Positions 23,233 through 35,977 of a stretch of DNA of 42,773 nt are shown here, one piece after another. The position numbers and the translations under genes were made by a program. How positions within the stretch are numbered: the stretch's first letter is position 1; each line of letters opens with the position of its first letter. Source of the DNA: Nemertoderma westbladi (Eukaryota; Animalia; Xenacoelomorpha); the NCBI GenBank assembly GCA_032718475.1, contig JAUCBJ010004432.1, positions 1 through 42,773 of the forward strand. The letters are read 5' to 3'. The notes beneath the pieces were generated by a model, which did no database searches, was not told the DNA's origin, and saw only the letters and a program-made list of their open reading frames with translations.

Positions 23233-26200
23233 ACTCCGAGTTTCTTCTATTAATTCAATTAATCCTTCTATGTGTCTTGAGCAGTAGCAGAGCAAGGTTT
23301 TGATATTGCTAGTGTTGATCCCGATAAAACTCCTATTTTTAAATGAATCATTAATCGTAAAATAATATAACTTTGTGTATTACAAGATTCAGACAGTAGG
23401 ACTACAAAATTAACTGAACTGACTATTTGCCTAACTGTCTGTTTGCCTCAATAATTATTTTAGTTTATTATCTAACCAGAATTGTAGTAGGCTGAGCAAA
23501 GCGAGTGAAGCGAGCGGGAACTTTATGGAACTTTTTTTCGCTCTTCTTTCGGGACCACTAAATCCCAGTTTGTTACATACAGTACAGGCCACCAGAAAAA
23601 GCAGATTTCATCCAATGTGATCACATGTGAACACATTTGTTCAAGTCATCTGATTGGCAGGTTATGGCGAGTTATCTTCTAGATCACACAGCAGGAGGCT
23701 AACTTGCTGGGACCGACAAAGGCTTAGTGTGCGGTGCGCCTGTATGTCTTATATCAGGTAGATGAGAGAGCCCCCCCAGGGCGTAACATTGCGCGGACAT
23801 GGGCTGTATTGGTAGAGAGAGAACTACATACAAGACCACATGGAGGTTCATGGAGTGTATGGGAGTGGATGGGTATATGGATGGAGGAACCTAGACCATT
23901 GACTAATTAATTTAGTGCAGGGAGATGTCGCGCCATTAGTCTGGCACCGATTGGACACCGAGAAACACCAGAAGATGCCTTAACATCACTAACTATAGGC
24001 CTTCCTATTTGACAATATTAACCGCACACTATAAAGGTAAACAAAATCCTTATCGCATTTCCAGCTGCAGTGAGTGACAGTTCGCGGCAAACTACAGAGA
24101 GTTTCCAGATTACTAAGCGTTTCAAAAGTATTCAATTGTATCCTTTGGCGAAAAAATTTTGGTTGTTGCCAATTCAATTATGTTCAATTATGTTCAATTG
24201 TCCCGTTCAACAACATTACATTACACTGGTACACATTTGATAAAATGTGCTCACAATTGTACAAATCTGCTTTTTCTGGTGGCCTGTACTGTACATTATC
24301 TAGAATCCATGCCGTATTTTTCGACGCCCCCCACACCCCCCCCCCCCCCCACCCCCCTCCCCCGTCTAGCGCAAGGGGGCGACTGCTCCCTTGGTCACCT
24401 TGCTCCGCCACTGACTCTGTCTGTTGTATTGGCATTGAGAATTGAAGAAGAAGTACAAGATATCAGTATGTGGACAAAAGAGAACAAGGCTTGGGTCAAG
24501 GAAAGACAAACAATATCGAGAAGCTATGATATCGGAAGACAAGGATTCGTCATTTTCCAGATGATGAAAGATAATTCAGAACAGATACTCAAATCAGACT
24601 TAGTCTGTAATTTTGTCAAAGAAATGATGTTGTAAATGGTTTCCGGAACTCCAACTTCCTATTTCAATTCGATGTAGTGAAACAACTACACACTCACACC
24701 CAATATGTGGAAAATTCAAACTCTTATATTTTATGAGTTATTTCAATGTAATTCCCATCATTTATATATTTTATATTATTAGAAACCGCAGGTTGCTTGT
24801 CTATTTTCTACAAAAATTTCTTGATTCTTAAATAAATATGCAGAAAATTATTAAAGTTGAGCAAGAAAAAGATATTTAATTAGTTAGGTGAGCCTTTTTA
24901 GAGAAAGTAGCATTTTTGATTTATTTTACAATAATTCTTCAGTTTTCTTTGAAACGATTTCAATGATCCCATATTTATTTTCAAAAATCAAATTTATTTA
25001 CCAACTATTGTCTACAATTAATAGGTACGATAATAATTACAAATATGTATTGGCGGGAAATTCAAATGAGTAATTCAGAATATTATAGGATTAGTACTGT
25101 AGTACAGTAGTACTGTAGTTCAGTTCAATGCACTGTTCGACCTATAGTCTGGTACAGTAACATCCCCAATAAGGATGCCTAGAACTCGTGCCACACCCTC
25201 GACATGCAGACCAGCCATGTCTCCAATTAGGTAAAGACATTCCAAAGAAGGATCTCAATGATATAACTTTTTATCTGAATGATTTACTGTATACTTTTCG
25301 ATATTTTCTTACCAAAATCCCATATTTAGACTCTTATGAAGATATTCTACCAGTAACAGGCATTTGTTTTTTGGATTTCAATTGCAAGATATTCCAAATT
25401 TCCACTATTATTCACATCCAATATAAATACCATGTTACAGTACCTCGATCTAATGGTTCTCGTATCGTATCCGCTGTTCTTCAATTAAATATTAATTAAC
25501 GAGCATATCAAAGAAGTGGCTGACATCCTACGTAGGAGGGAAGACCTTAAGACGGCATCAGCTTAATCACTGTAAACAGCAGAACTTCTTAGGTTTTGAC
25601 GAAATTATACATCCACTAATGAAATATCATTCATCTATCTAACTTCATTTCTTTTTGATGAACAAAAAATCAGTGATGTATTTTTACTAATTTAAACCAT
25701 TAGGCCTACTGGTAGGCCTACTGGTAGGCCTACTGGTACTCATGCAGTCAGTCTTACTTACTATAATAAGCCTATAATAAAATAAAGATGGAAATGATTA
25801 GAAACAAGTAATTAATTTGTTATAAATCAAATCATAAACCTAATTACTACCTCAACTTCCGGATACTCCTGACTTACACACTACAGTACAATTTATGGTG
25901 TGTTTTCAGAACGGTCGTTAGAATTCTTAGATACTTCCCTTCAAAGCCTAAACGCGCAAAATTCAGAGTCTGTAATCCTTCAATTTCATCCCAATCTACA
26001 GTATCTAAAGATCAAAAATTATCATTGAGTGAGCAGTTAGTTGAAGGATCTGTTGATGTGCGGTTTGATGTTGCGGGGGGGGGGGGGGGGGGGGGGGGGG
26101 ACTGGACGCAAATCCCATCTTGGCGAATTAATATCCCGTCTCAATTTTAAATTCTCAATTTAGGGAAAGGAGCAGGTTACAGTGGCACGTAATTTTAATC

Positions 26201-26870
26201 AAAACAATAAACTAATCACAACAGAACATGTTACAGTTTTATTTTACAGTATTGAGATGTTATATGCGTCAAATTTCCCTTAGAGAAGGATACATTTTTA
26301 ATGCGTCCAGTTTCCACCTATCTGGGTTTAACCGGAGAACCGAAGATACCGAAGAACTCGCCTACAACTTATCAAAAAAATCTAACTTCAAGACAAAACA
26401 AGGAACATATAACTTCCTAATTTATCAAAATTATCATCAATGGTATATTAGCTCGAAGTTTATGTGCACTGAGTTCAATTAGCATTCAAAGAGCAAGTAG
26501 TACAAACAGAACTTATAGTAACAGCTTTATATGCCCTTGAGGGATATAGACTATTGGGACAGGGTGGGAACTTGACACAAACCAATCTCGGCGAATAACT
26601 ATCTCGTCACTATGTTATAATTATCACTTACGGAAAGGAGCAGGTTACAGCGGCATGTTTAACCAAAATAATAAACTAAAGTCAATAGAAAAGGTTACAT
26701 TCATATTTTTGGGAACAATCAGCTGCTGTGCAGCGAAGATTATTGTAGACATGCTCTCTATTACAATTACAATTAATCTATTACAACAACTATTACTCAA
26801 CTAATAACATTATTGTGTTTGAAGTAATTAAATTTAGCGAACAATAAAATATTCCATTAAAATATTATAT

Positions 26871-27195
26871 TTCGGGCGCTCATCAGCAGAGGCGTCCCCG
26901 CTACTCTTGAGCCTCTAGGCTTGTGTAGAGGGGACATGAAGCGAGTGGATGGCGTCACCCTGGTACCGTAGGGCATCAGGCGGTTCCTCACGTGGGACGC
27001 GACGGTGGCTGACCCCCTCGCGCCCAGCAACACCGCCCAGACCCTATCCACCAGAGGCCGCACAGTCAGAGGAAGCGGAAAACAACAAAATCCGGAAATA
27101 CCAGGAACTCACGGACCGGACTCTTCCATCCGGTAGACTCCGAGACCCTGGGCCGCCCCGGCCCTGAAACATCCGAGTTCCTGAAGGATATCGGG
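26871..27195 (+). mobile_element. CRE-like non-LTR retrotransposon fragment (restriction-like endonuclease region), decayed
   Basis: GC-rich island reading LEPLGLCRGDMKRVDGVTLVP*...LTWDATVADPLAPS, then AAQSEEAENNKIRKYQEL and ETLG, matching the RPDG...WD.T...K..KY...E..G pattern. Confidence 0.75.
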
Positions 27196-27659
27196 ACTCC
27201 ACTCTGTTACCCAGGAACCCCGATCTTCCTCGGTGAAATTATCGGATTTTATTAATTAAAAGATGTAAACTGTGCCTTCTGGAATACCTATCTTACTGGA
27301 AAGCGACATTTTATTTAAAGTTTTATAATTTCGATATTTTCGTTAATAATTTCGTCGTTAAACATTAATTTTGCTGTTTCTAACGCATAAAGTGGGAGTA
27401 TTTTTAATGATTTATATTTTCGATTAGAGTGTGTCTGATAATTATTAAAGGTTATTGCTCGTAATAACTTATTTATTTTTTATTCGGATATGGTTAGTGT
27501 ATTTTCTAGACGCATTTCCCCACAATACTATACCATAGAGTATTTATGGATGGACCAACGAAATATACATTATAATAACCGTATAATGTTGAGGGGAAAA
27601 TAGGTATCTAAAATTGTAAAATATTCCAACTGTGTAGTAAATGTATGGCGTATGACACA

Positions 27660-27749
27660 TACCGTATTTACTCGAATAAGAGCCCGGGCGTTTAAGTTAA
27701 TAAATTGCAAATTGGAGAGGCGTTTATTCGAGTAAATAGAAATACGGTA
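27660..27749. mobile_element. Tiny Tc1/mariner (Tc2/pogo-type) MITE remnant
   Basis: TA-CCGTATTTACTCGAATAA ... TTATTCGAGTAAATAGAAATACGG-TA: inverted ends with TA flanks. Confidence 0.55.
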
Positions 27750-27923
27750 CTTATAAATAACATACCGAGAAATCATGTCGCACTGCGATATAAAGTATTG
27801 GAAAATATGTCGCCCTGGAGATTTGGTAGTGCGAAATTAATTCCATACGAATAAATATAATGAAAGTATTAATTAAACTGTAAACTGATTAAACTAAATC
27901 AATAAAACCCAGTAAATTAATAA

Positions 27924-29057
27924 TTAATATCCGCGATAAACATTATCAACCACGTAGTTCAAAGGTTTACCAGCCTCGAATAATTCCAGATTCTCTAGGA
28001 AGACATCGACGCCATGACAACGGCTATTGTTACAAACAGAATGTGGAGAAATAATAACTTTAGGATGACTCCATAAAGGATTGTCTATAGGTAAAGGTTC
28101 TGTTGCAAAGACGTCGAGGATGGCTGTAGACAACCATTGCTTGTCTAATGCCTCAACGATATCTAATTCATTAACAATATCGCCTCTCCCAATGTTGATA
28201 AAAACTGGCGACTTATTAGCGCAAGTTTCTAATACACTTCTAGATAGTAAACCTCTTGTTTGATCTGTGCTCGGTAGAATATTAATTATGTAATCGCTTT
28301 TTGAAAAAGCCTCAATCATATTTTCTGTAGTGAAATATTCCGAAACACCTGGGTATTTCTCGTCTCTTTCGCGGCTAACAATTCCATATATTTTCGGATT
28401 GAATCCTCGTAATGAATCTACAAGACATTGACCTATATCACCGAGTCCTAATATCGTGATTGACAACTGGTTGATATTTCGGAATCCATTGCTGCTCACC
28501 ATGTAAAAACGATTTACCCACTTACGCTGTAGCTGATTGGCTAATATACCGCGAAAGTTGCGTTCATTGGCTATTATCCAGCCAATCACGGACTCAGCCA
28601 TGTCCTTACCGCAACCATTAGGGCCTCCTACTCGAGTGAATAGGAATCTATTGAAATGATGGAGTTTATCAGGAAATTGATTGCTAATAATATCGAACCC
28701 ATCCCAGGTACTCTGCCACCAAACCAAATTATTGTAAAGCTCCAAATTAGGCAACACCGCATCGGGCGAACCAATCACAATCCTCGCTTGTCGCAGCTCA
28801 TTAACACTAATGGAGTCCATGGCCTCTTTTTGTATAACATCTACAAATTCAAGATCAGGTCTCTTCTCTAATATAGACTCCCTTATGTTTTCCACAGCCC
28901 GAGAGTGCTGCTTATATTCTTGTGTGTATACGAAATGAATTCTAATGGGTGACATTTTCTTTTTAATAATCTGCAGTGGCAGTCTATTAATAAATCGACC
29001 AGTATTAAAATTACGCGCCAAGTTATAATTTTTTAATAAATTTAACAAGGACAGCAT
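27924..29057 (-). CDS. D-isomer-specific 2-hydroxyacid dehydrogenase (glyoxylate/hydroxypyruvate reductase A-like), intronless, 377 aa
   Basis: NAD(P)-binding ILGLGDIG, ILPST..T, FINIGRG (catalytic Arg), AILDVFATEPLP (Glu), LWSHPKVIISPH (His); frame is intact. The start may be Met1 or Met36. Confidence 0.92.
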   Translation of the reverse strand: MLSLLNLLKNYNLARNFNTGRFINRLPLQIIKKKMSPIRIHFVYTQEYKQHSRAVENIRESILEKRPDLEFVDVIQKEAMDSISVNELRQARIVIGSPDAVLPNLELYNNLVWWQSTWDGFDIISNQFPDKLHHFNRFLFTRVGGPNGCGKDMAESVIGWIIANERNFRGILANQLQRKWVNRFYMVSSNGFRNINQLSITILGLGDIGQCLVDSLRGFNPKIYGIVSRERDEKYPGVSEYFTTENMIEAFSKSDYIINILPSTDQTRGLLSRSVLETCANKSPVFINIGRGDIVNELDIVEALDKQWLSTAILDVFATEPLPIDNPLWSHPKVIISPHSVCNNSRCHGVDVFLENLELFEAGKPLNYVVDNVYRGY

Positions 29058-29172
29058 ATTATCTGAGAAACTTGCGTACCGGTTAGTTTATAATATGCCT
29101 GAATTGAATACAATTATTATGAGTGGGTGTACAGAGAGGTGCTTTTTCTCACCCTAAACAAACTTGGTACCT

Positions 29173-31139
29173 ACTGACCTATAGAACAGTAGTGTCAGTT
29201 ACTGACCTATAGAACAGTAGTGTCAGTTACTGACCTATAGAACAGTAGTGTCAGTTACTGACCTATAGAACAGTAGTGTCAGTTACTGACCTATAGAACA
29301 GTAGTGTCAGTTACTGACCTATAAAACAGTAGTGTCAGTTACTGACCTATAGTACAGTAGTGTCAGTTACTGACCTATAGAACAGTTGTGTCAGTTACTG
29401 ACCTATAGTACAGTAGTGTCAGTTACTGACCTATAGAACAGTAGTGTCAGTTACTGACCTATAGTACAGTTGTGTCAGTTACTGACCTATAGAACAGTAG
29501 TGTCAGTTACTGACCTATAGTACAGTAGTGTCAGTTACTGACCTATAGAACAGTAGTGTCAGTTACTGACCTATAGAACAGTAGTGTCAGTTACTGACCT
29601 ATAGTACAGTAGTGTCAGTTACTGACCTATAGTACAGTTGTGTCAGTTACTGACCTATAGAACAGTAGTGTCAGTTACTGACCTATAGAACAGTAGTGTC
29701 AGTTACTGACCTATAGAATAGTAGTGTCAGTTACTGACCTATAGTACAGTTGTGTCAGTTACTGACCTATAGAACAGTAGTGTCAGTTACTGACCTATAG
29801 TACAGTAGTGTCAGTTACTGACCTATAGTACAGTTGTGTCAGTTACTGACCTATAGAACAGTAGTGTCAGTTACTGACCTATAGTACAGTAGTGTCAGTT
29901 ACTGACCTATAGAACAGTAGTGTCAGTTACTGACCTATAGTACAGTAGTGTCAGTTACTGACCTATAGAACAGTAGTGTCAGTTACTGACCTATAGAACA
30001 GTAGTGTCAGTTACTGACCTATAGAACAGTAGTGTCAGTTACTGACCTATAAAACAGTAGTGTCAGTTACTGACCTATAGTACAGTAGTGTCAGTTACTG
30101 ACCTATAGAACAGTTGTGTCAGTTACTGACCTATAGTACAGTAGTGTCAGTTACTGACCTATAGAACAGTAGTGTCAGTTACTGACCTATAGTACAGTAG
30201 TGTCAGTTACTGACCTATAGAACAGTTGTGTCAGTTACTGACCTATAGTACAGTAGTGTCAGTTACTGACCTATAGAACAGTAGTGTCAGTTACTGACCT
30301 ATAGTACAGTTGTGTCAGTTACTGACCTATAGAACAGTAGTGTCAGTTACTGACCTATAGTACAGTTGTGTCAGTTACTGACCTATAGAACAGTAGTGTC
30401 AGTTACTGACCTATAGTACAGTAGTGTCAGTTACTGACCTATAGTACAGTAGTGTCAGTTACTGACCTATAGAACAGTAGTGTCCGTTACTGACCTATAG
30501 TACAGTTATGTCAGTTACTGACCTATAGAACAGTAGTGTCAGTTACTGACCTATAGTACAGTAGTGTCAGTTACTGACCTATAGTACAGTAGTGTCAGTT
30601 ACTGACCTATAGTACAGTAGTGTCAGTTACTGACCTATAATAGTACAGTAGTGTCAGTTACTGACCTATAGTACAGTAGTGTCAGTTACTGACCTATAGA
30701 ACAGTAGTGTCAGTTACTGACCTATAGTACAGTAGTGTCAGTTACTGACCTATAGTACAGTAGTGTCAGTTACTGACCTATAGTACAGTAGTGTCAGTTA
30801 CTGACCTATAATAGTACAGTAGTGTCAGTTACTGACCTATAGTACAGTAGTGTCAGTTACTGACCTATAGAACAGTAGTGTCAGTTACTGACCTATAGTA
30901 CAGTAGTGTCAGTTACTGACCTATAGTACAGTAGTGTCAGTTACTGACCTATAGAACAGTAGTGTCAGTTACTGACCTATAGAACAGTAGTGTCAGTTAC
31001 TGACCTATAGTACAGTTGTGTCAGTTACTGACCTATAGTACAGTAGTGTCAGTTACTGACCTATAGTACAGTAGTGTCAGTTACTGACCTATAGAACAGT
31101 AGTGTCAGTTACTGACCTATAGAACAGTAGTGTCAGTTA
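29173..31139. repeat. Satellite array, 28-bp unit, ~70 copies
   Basis: ACTGACCTATAG(A/T)ACAGT(A/T)GTGTCAGTT repeated head-to-tail with no unique spacers. Confidence 0.98.
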
Positions 31140-31854
31140 GATATAATGATAACCGAGTACAAACAAAGTACAAAGTTACTGTTTGTAACTAACCTGGCAC
31201 AATAATAATCGCGCAAATAGCCATATTTCGCTATATATATCTTAACTAGTTTAGTAGTTTTTATTAATAATAATTGTTTATAATACAAAAATTTCTAGAT
31301 AATATTATTAGAAGTTACACAATATTCAATAAAGAAAGTCCAATGGTCAATCTGCCACTGCACTTCCCGACCTCAACTTCGGAGGACGACTGAGAAAGAT
31401 AGTCGATGTTAACCGCACACTTGCATCCACTTGTGTCACTTCAGGTAGCGAGATTGGTAGATTAACAATCCCAATTTGTTTTGTTAGAATGTATGGCTCA
31501 GCCCATTATTATTGAGGTAATGATAATGTTGAACCATTAAGATACACTCCCAGGCGGGTTAAAAGGAGATACACTGTACTTAGAAGATGACACAAACAAG
31601 TAAATAAATTATTTTTATACAATAAAAAAATAATAAAAGTTAATGCAAATTAGCCAGTTACAAGTTGAGCGGGGGTTGGCATGCGGGACATGATAGTGCG
31701 TGGTAGAGCACTGAGACAGACAGACAGACAGAAAGACATGAAATTTTGCCCTATTTACTAATTATAATTGTGCGCTAAGGCTCGCCCTGACTGCGTGGCT
31801 CGCCCCACATAATCTTTCAACAAATAAAGTTACAATATTATTTCATCCAACAGG

Positions 31855-32130
31855 GCTTTATCAAATTGCATTGAATCTACTTACAAACAGTGAAGCTACA
31901 TACCACAGTACCGAACTACTACCTACCCAATCGACTGTTAGCAGAACTATTATTGTTGGAGTTGTGTTGTGTATAGCACAACTACTATTGGAGTTAAACT
32001 GGAGATCGTCCACATAGAATAGAAACCTTAAATGACTCACCACTTGTCGCATCGCAGTTCAAGTGCAAGATCTGGGATAAAAATGGTGAAATAGCAGGAA
32101 GAAATCACCCTGTAGGACACCACGTAAAGG
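31855..32130 (-). mobile_element. Decayed non-LTR (CR1/L2-like) reverse transcriptase fragment
   Basis: Minus strand GVLQG...SSCYFTIFIPDL followed by FLFYVDDLQ, resembling GVPQGS..SP.LF..YINDL and LYADDLQ. Confidence 0.6.
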
Positions 32131-32385
32131 CGAAGGCCATCAATAGTCTGAATGTAGATTTCGAGAATATATTTAATTAGTATTTTTTAATTAATATTGT
32201 TCCGGGTGAATTACTGCTGCAACTAATGAACGAACTCGTGTGTTTAATATATAAGTGCCATTAACAAGACGCACAAGAGTGCGTTTCCTCTACAGATATC
32301 GGGTTTATCAATTGGGCCGTTTCCTTTATATCCTTGTTATGCTCCACCTTCCAACTTAGGGATTTTCCCAATGCTTAAATAATAA

Positions 32386-34128
32386 TGTTGTATCGTTGGG
32401 AACGGGTTTCAGTGCGAATAATCGGCGATTTAACATTTAGTACCGGTGAAGGAACAACGTTGTTATCAAATACGGAACAACAAAGTCAATATCTTTAAGG
32501 TCTTTTATCTTTATCAATAAGGTAATTGTTAAACAACCGCGACACCTATACTAACAGCAGAACTGTTGAACAGACAAATACCCGTATACCTCTCTGCCAA
32601 CCTAATGAGCTCTCGCCTAACCAATAAGACACAAAGACTGCTCTACTGTTAAGTAAAGGGGATCAGGAGCGTGATATTACTAAATTGTAAAGGTGGCTAA
32701 ATACAAAACCGCTACTTACCGTTGGATGGCGCTAATCTGCCGTCCGCTAATATATTTTACTAAATTTACACAGCTCCTGCAAAATCGCTTGTTCCTTTCT
32801 CTACCGATCGCTCGATAGAGAGCTAACTGTTCGAATCTATGAGCCACGCGGGAATAACCAAAACAATAAACCCGAGTCGGCTCCCTAAGCTTACTTAAGA
32901 CGAGTGCGTGGGGCTTTGCACTCAGAGTATATTCTTACGCCTAATTTTACTACTGTTGAAGTACGCTAATGCCTACGTCTTTTCTAATCGCGAATACTGG
33001 GGGTTCCCTAACGGAATGTGTGAATGCGAGAATATTTAAAATAATCAAAAATGGTACAGTACAAAGTCTTCCGTAAGTGATACCGCTCTGGGTCTAAACT
33101 TGCCTGCAGCTGGCTTTAGGCCAGCAACTTACTAGTGTCTTGCGTACTAACTATTGCGATCTAGTTTATTGCCCGCTAATTCAAATAACCGCTCAACGTG
33201 AATAGTTTACGGTACTCTAATTATTACCTTAGCTACTCTCCGCTATGCTGCGTACTAATTCTTAATTTTACTAATTAATTACAGTCACAAACATGTAACA
33301 GCCTAAAATACTGTATTACTTTGACCTAATCAGTAATTATTTACAGTAAACTAAGAGATAGAAATCAATCAAAGGGAAAAGAGCGCCTATCTAAGCATTC
33401 GTAATCTTAGGCACACTTTAGTAACACATCAATCAGAGTCAGCAATCACAGATCACAATAGCACGACTTGCAATTATACAATCTGCAATTATATAATTCG
33501 CAACTTACTTACGTACTTACCCACTTACTTACTGTAAGGTATGCAGGCCCCTCCCGGGTACATCTAGGCTTCCTAACTAACCCAATTCCTGCCCCCTAAT
33601 ACTAAATAGAGACAAAACCTTGGATCATCAGCCCCCTAATTACTGTACCGGCGAGCGGTCTCCAACCCACAGTCCAAACTGCCCGACCGCAACGTTGACC
33701 CCCGCCAGCGTTGCCCGCTTTTGAATCCTCCGCTCTCCCTTAGTCGCTCAACCCCCCGATGTGCCCACCGCCTACTGGCACCTTAGCCCTCCATTATGCT
33801 AATAGCTACCGTAGCGGCGCATGCAAAATCACAAAGTCTGACAGTCTCAGAAATCCCTTAGGATTATTGCGCAGAAAGGAATCACATAGAACCATTAATC
33901 AAAAGGTAGAAATCATAGTTCCAGTTGTAATTAGCAGTAATCGAAGGAATTAATTAAGAAACACAATCGAGAGTAATCGCACTAGCAAATCATTCCAAGA
34001 AATTAATCAAAATTAGCAAATTGCAGAAAATACGCTAAAATATCCGTCAAAATTGAATAGAGACAGCTCAGCAAGTACAAAGGTGATAGCAGATCATGTG
34101 AGGTGTCATGTGAGGCTCTACCGGCACA
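32386..34128 (-). mobile_element. Long LTR-like sequence, diverged member of family A
   Basis: Many collinear blocks match 6340-7530 in reverse complement (e.g. GTACGCAGCATAGCGGAGA, GCTGGCCTAAAGCCAGC, AGCTTAGGGAGCC). Minus strand begins TGTGCCGG at 34128, with a candidate ACA end at 32386; boundaries are tentative. Confidence 0.6.
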
Positions 34129-34129
34129 C

Positions 34130-34823
34130 GTGAAGCTGTGGAAAATTCTGTTTGGTTTCCATGTGCGATATTTAGTATAAAAAGGCCGGTTTGCCTTCGG
34201 TTACCACCTTACTTCTTAGAACGTTATCACGTTATTATTAACTCATTCTTGTAAAATTAGTTTATTCGGTTTCTTGTTGAAACTTTATTTGATAAATCCT
34301 TTGTAAAACTGTAAATATACTGCAAATTCCTGAACATGTTTTCTTTTGGTCCAACTTTGAGACAGCCAAACATCGGGAAGATGACAGCCTAGACCGTTAG
34401 GCCGTCAGCAACGCAGGGAAAAGATGTCCACAACACGCTAGCGCCCACATTGGATTGACCGCGCACCCCCTTTGCCCTTCGAAATACTCCACTTGCCATG
34501 CAGCGCCCGCTTTGTGAGAAAGGTAAGACTTTGTTCGACGCCCTTGCCCGCCGTAAGACCTATAGATCAGGGTAAGCGTGACGCCGTCCTGGACGCCGCA
34601 AATTTAGGATCAAATAATTATATTCAGACAGAAACACACCCCCCCCCCCCCCCCCTTTGTCAGTCCTACGAACCCCTGGGTTAACCTGTACTTCCTACAG
34701 GTGCGAACTATTGCCATTCGTCAGTACGCGAGTACATAGGTACGGACAGCATATGTTCCATAATTTAGTGATTTGTAGTACTGACTGTTTGGTACCGGTT
34801 CGCTTTGTAGAACGTACATTAGT

Positions 34824-34854
<31 letters not shown>

Positions 34855-35977
34855 TGTCTGGAGTTAGCTATTTGATCAGGCAAGGAGTATTTCTGCTACC
34901 GGCACACTGCTTGGCCTAGGGAGGTTTATTAATATCCTACCGCGCCTTGCCACGTACTGATAGGTATTGCTGCTAACTACCGCGGCAACAAAGTTCTAGA
35001 ATTAAATTAGTATACCAGATCAGCTAACGTACGGTAGCGATTAACCCCTATTTCTTATCTTACAACCAGAATCTGGTGTTTGTGCCGATCACGGGTGTAG
35101 TTACTAACACCGTGGTTGCCCATTGGGTTGTGGATAGGAAGAAGAGAGCTTTGACGTCATTTGTGAGTATAAAGTTCTACAAAACGCGACTAGTTTATTT
35201 TAGTAGCTAGCGCACGGTATCATTTCGGTCAGAAAATCACTAAAACCTAGTAAAAGGAAATACACGAAATTGTTTTATTTGTAACACACCCACACACACA
35301 CGCCCTAAAACATATTGCCCTTAGAGTTCTACTAGCTATAGCGCACTATACATTATTTTAGGTAGAAATTATCTGTATTTGTAAAATTAGGATCTGATAT
35401 TTAGTTGCGGCAATAAGGAGTATTTCACTTTCGTTATTAAACTGTTGTTTTCTGTCCAGCAGTATTGTTACATTTAGGCCTGACCCTTTAGACTGATTTC
35501 GTACAGGGGGATCAGTTATCGTTACATTTAGGCACCACCTTTTAGGCTGATTTAGACAGGGGTAATCAGCATTGTTACACTAGGTCTGTTAACCACCTAG
35601 TTCGTATATAAACCATATAAATCACACCGCGGCAAGTTACTGTATTTAGGACTGTCAGTGATAGTTAGGATTCGCTGCGCGGGGATTGTTTTCCCGTGAG
35701 TTTGGTCTGTTACTGTAACTGTACATCTGCCTCACCGGTTAGAGGACAGGTATCCTTTTGTCTAGTACGTAGGCATTAGACCCGCTCACGTACATAGAAT
35801 AGATACTAGGCTCTGTTCCTCGCCAGTAGTCGTTTGTGTACTGTATCTGTTTGTTTAGATATCCTGGACTGGGATTTGTTGTCAGATACTGTACGAGCCC
35901 GTATACATTACTAGAGTCTCATAGTAAGATACATCGTTACTAGGATCTGGTAAGCGGTATACTACTGGACCCTTACA
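34130..35977 (+). mobile_element. 3' portion of the family-B LTR-like element
   Basis: 34130-35372 is the inverted duplicate of 17295-18522. It ends GGACCCTTACA at 35977, followed by ACTAT (35978-35982). Confidence 0.72.

Noticed and set aside
23989-24635. Overlapping ORFs with poly-Pro
   Set aside because: Driven by a poly-C tract; no recognisable domain.
26075-26100. Long poly-G tracts (here and elsewhere) as functional G-quadruplex elements
   Set aside because: Homopolymer lengths are error-prone and differ even between the duplicated copies; no evidence of function.
29173-31139. CRISPR array (28-bp partly palindromic repeats)
   Set aside because: Units are contiguous with no unique spacers, there are no cas genes, and the context is eukaryotic.
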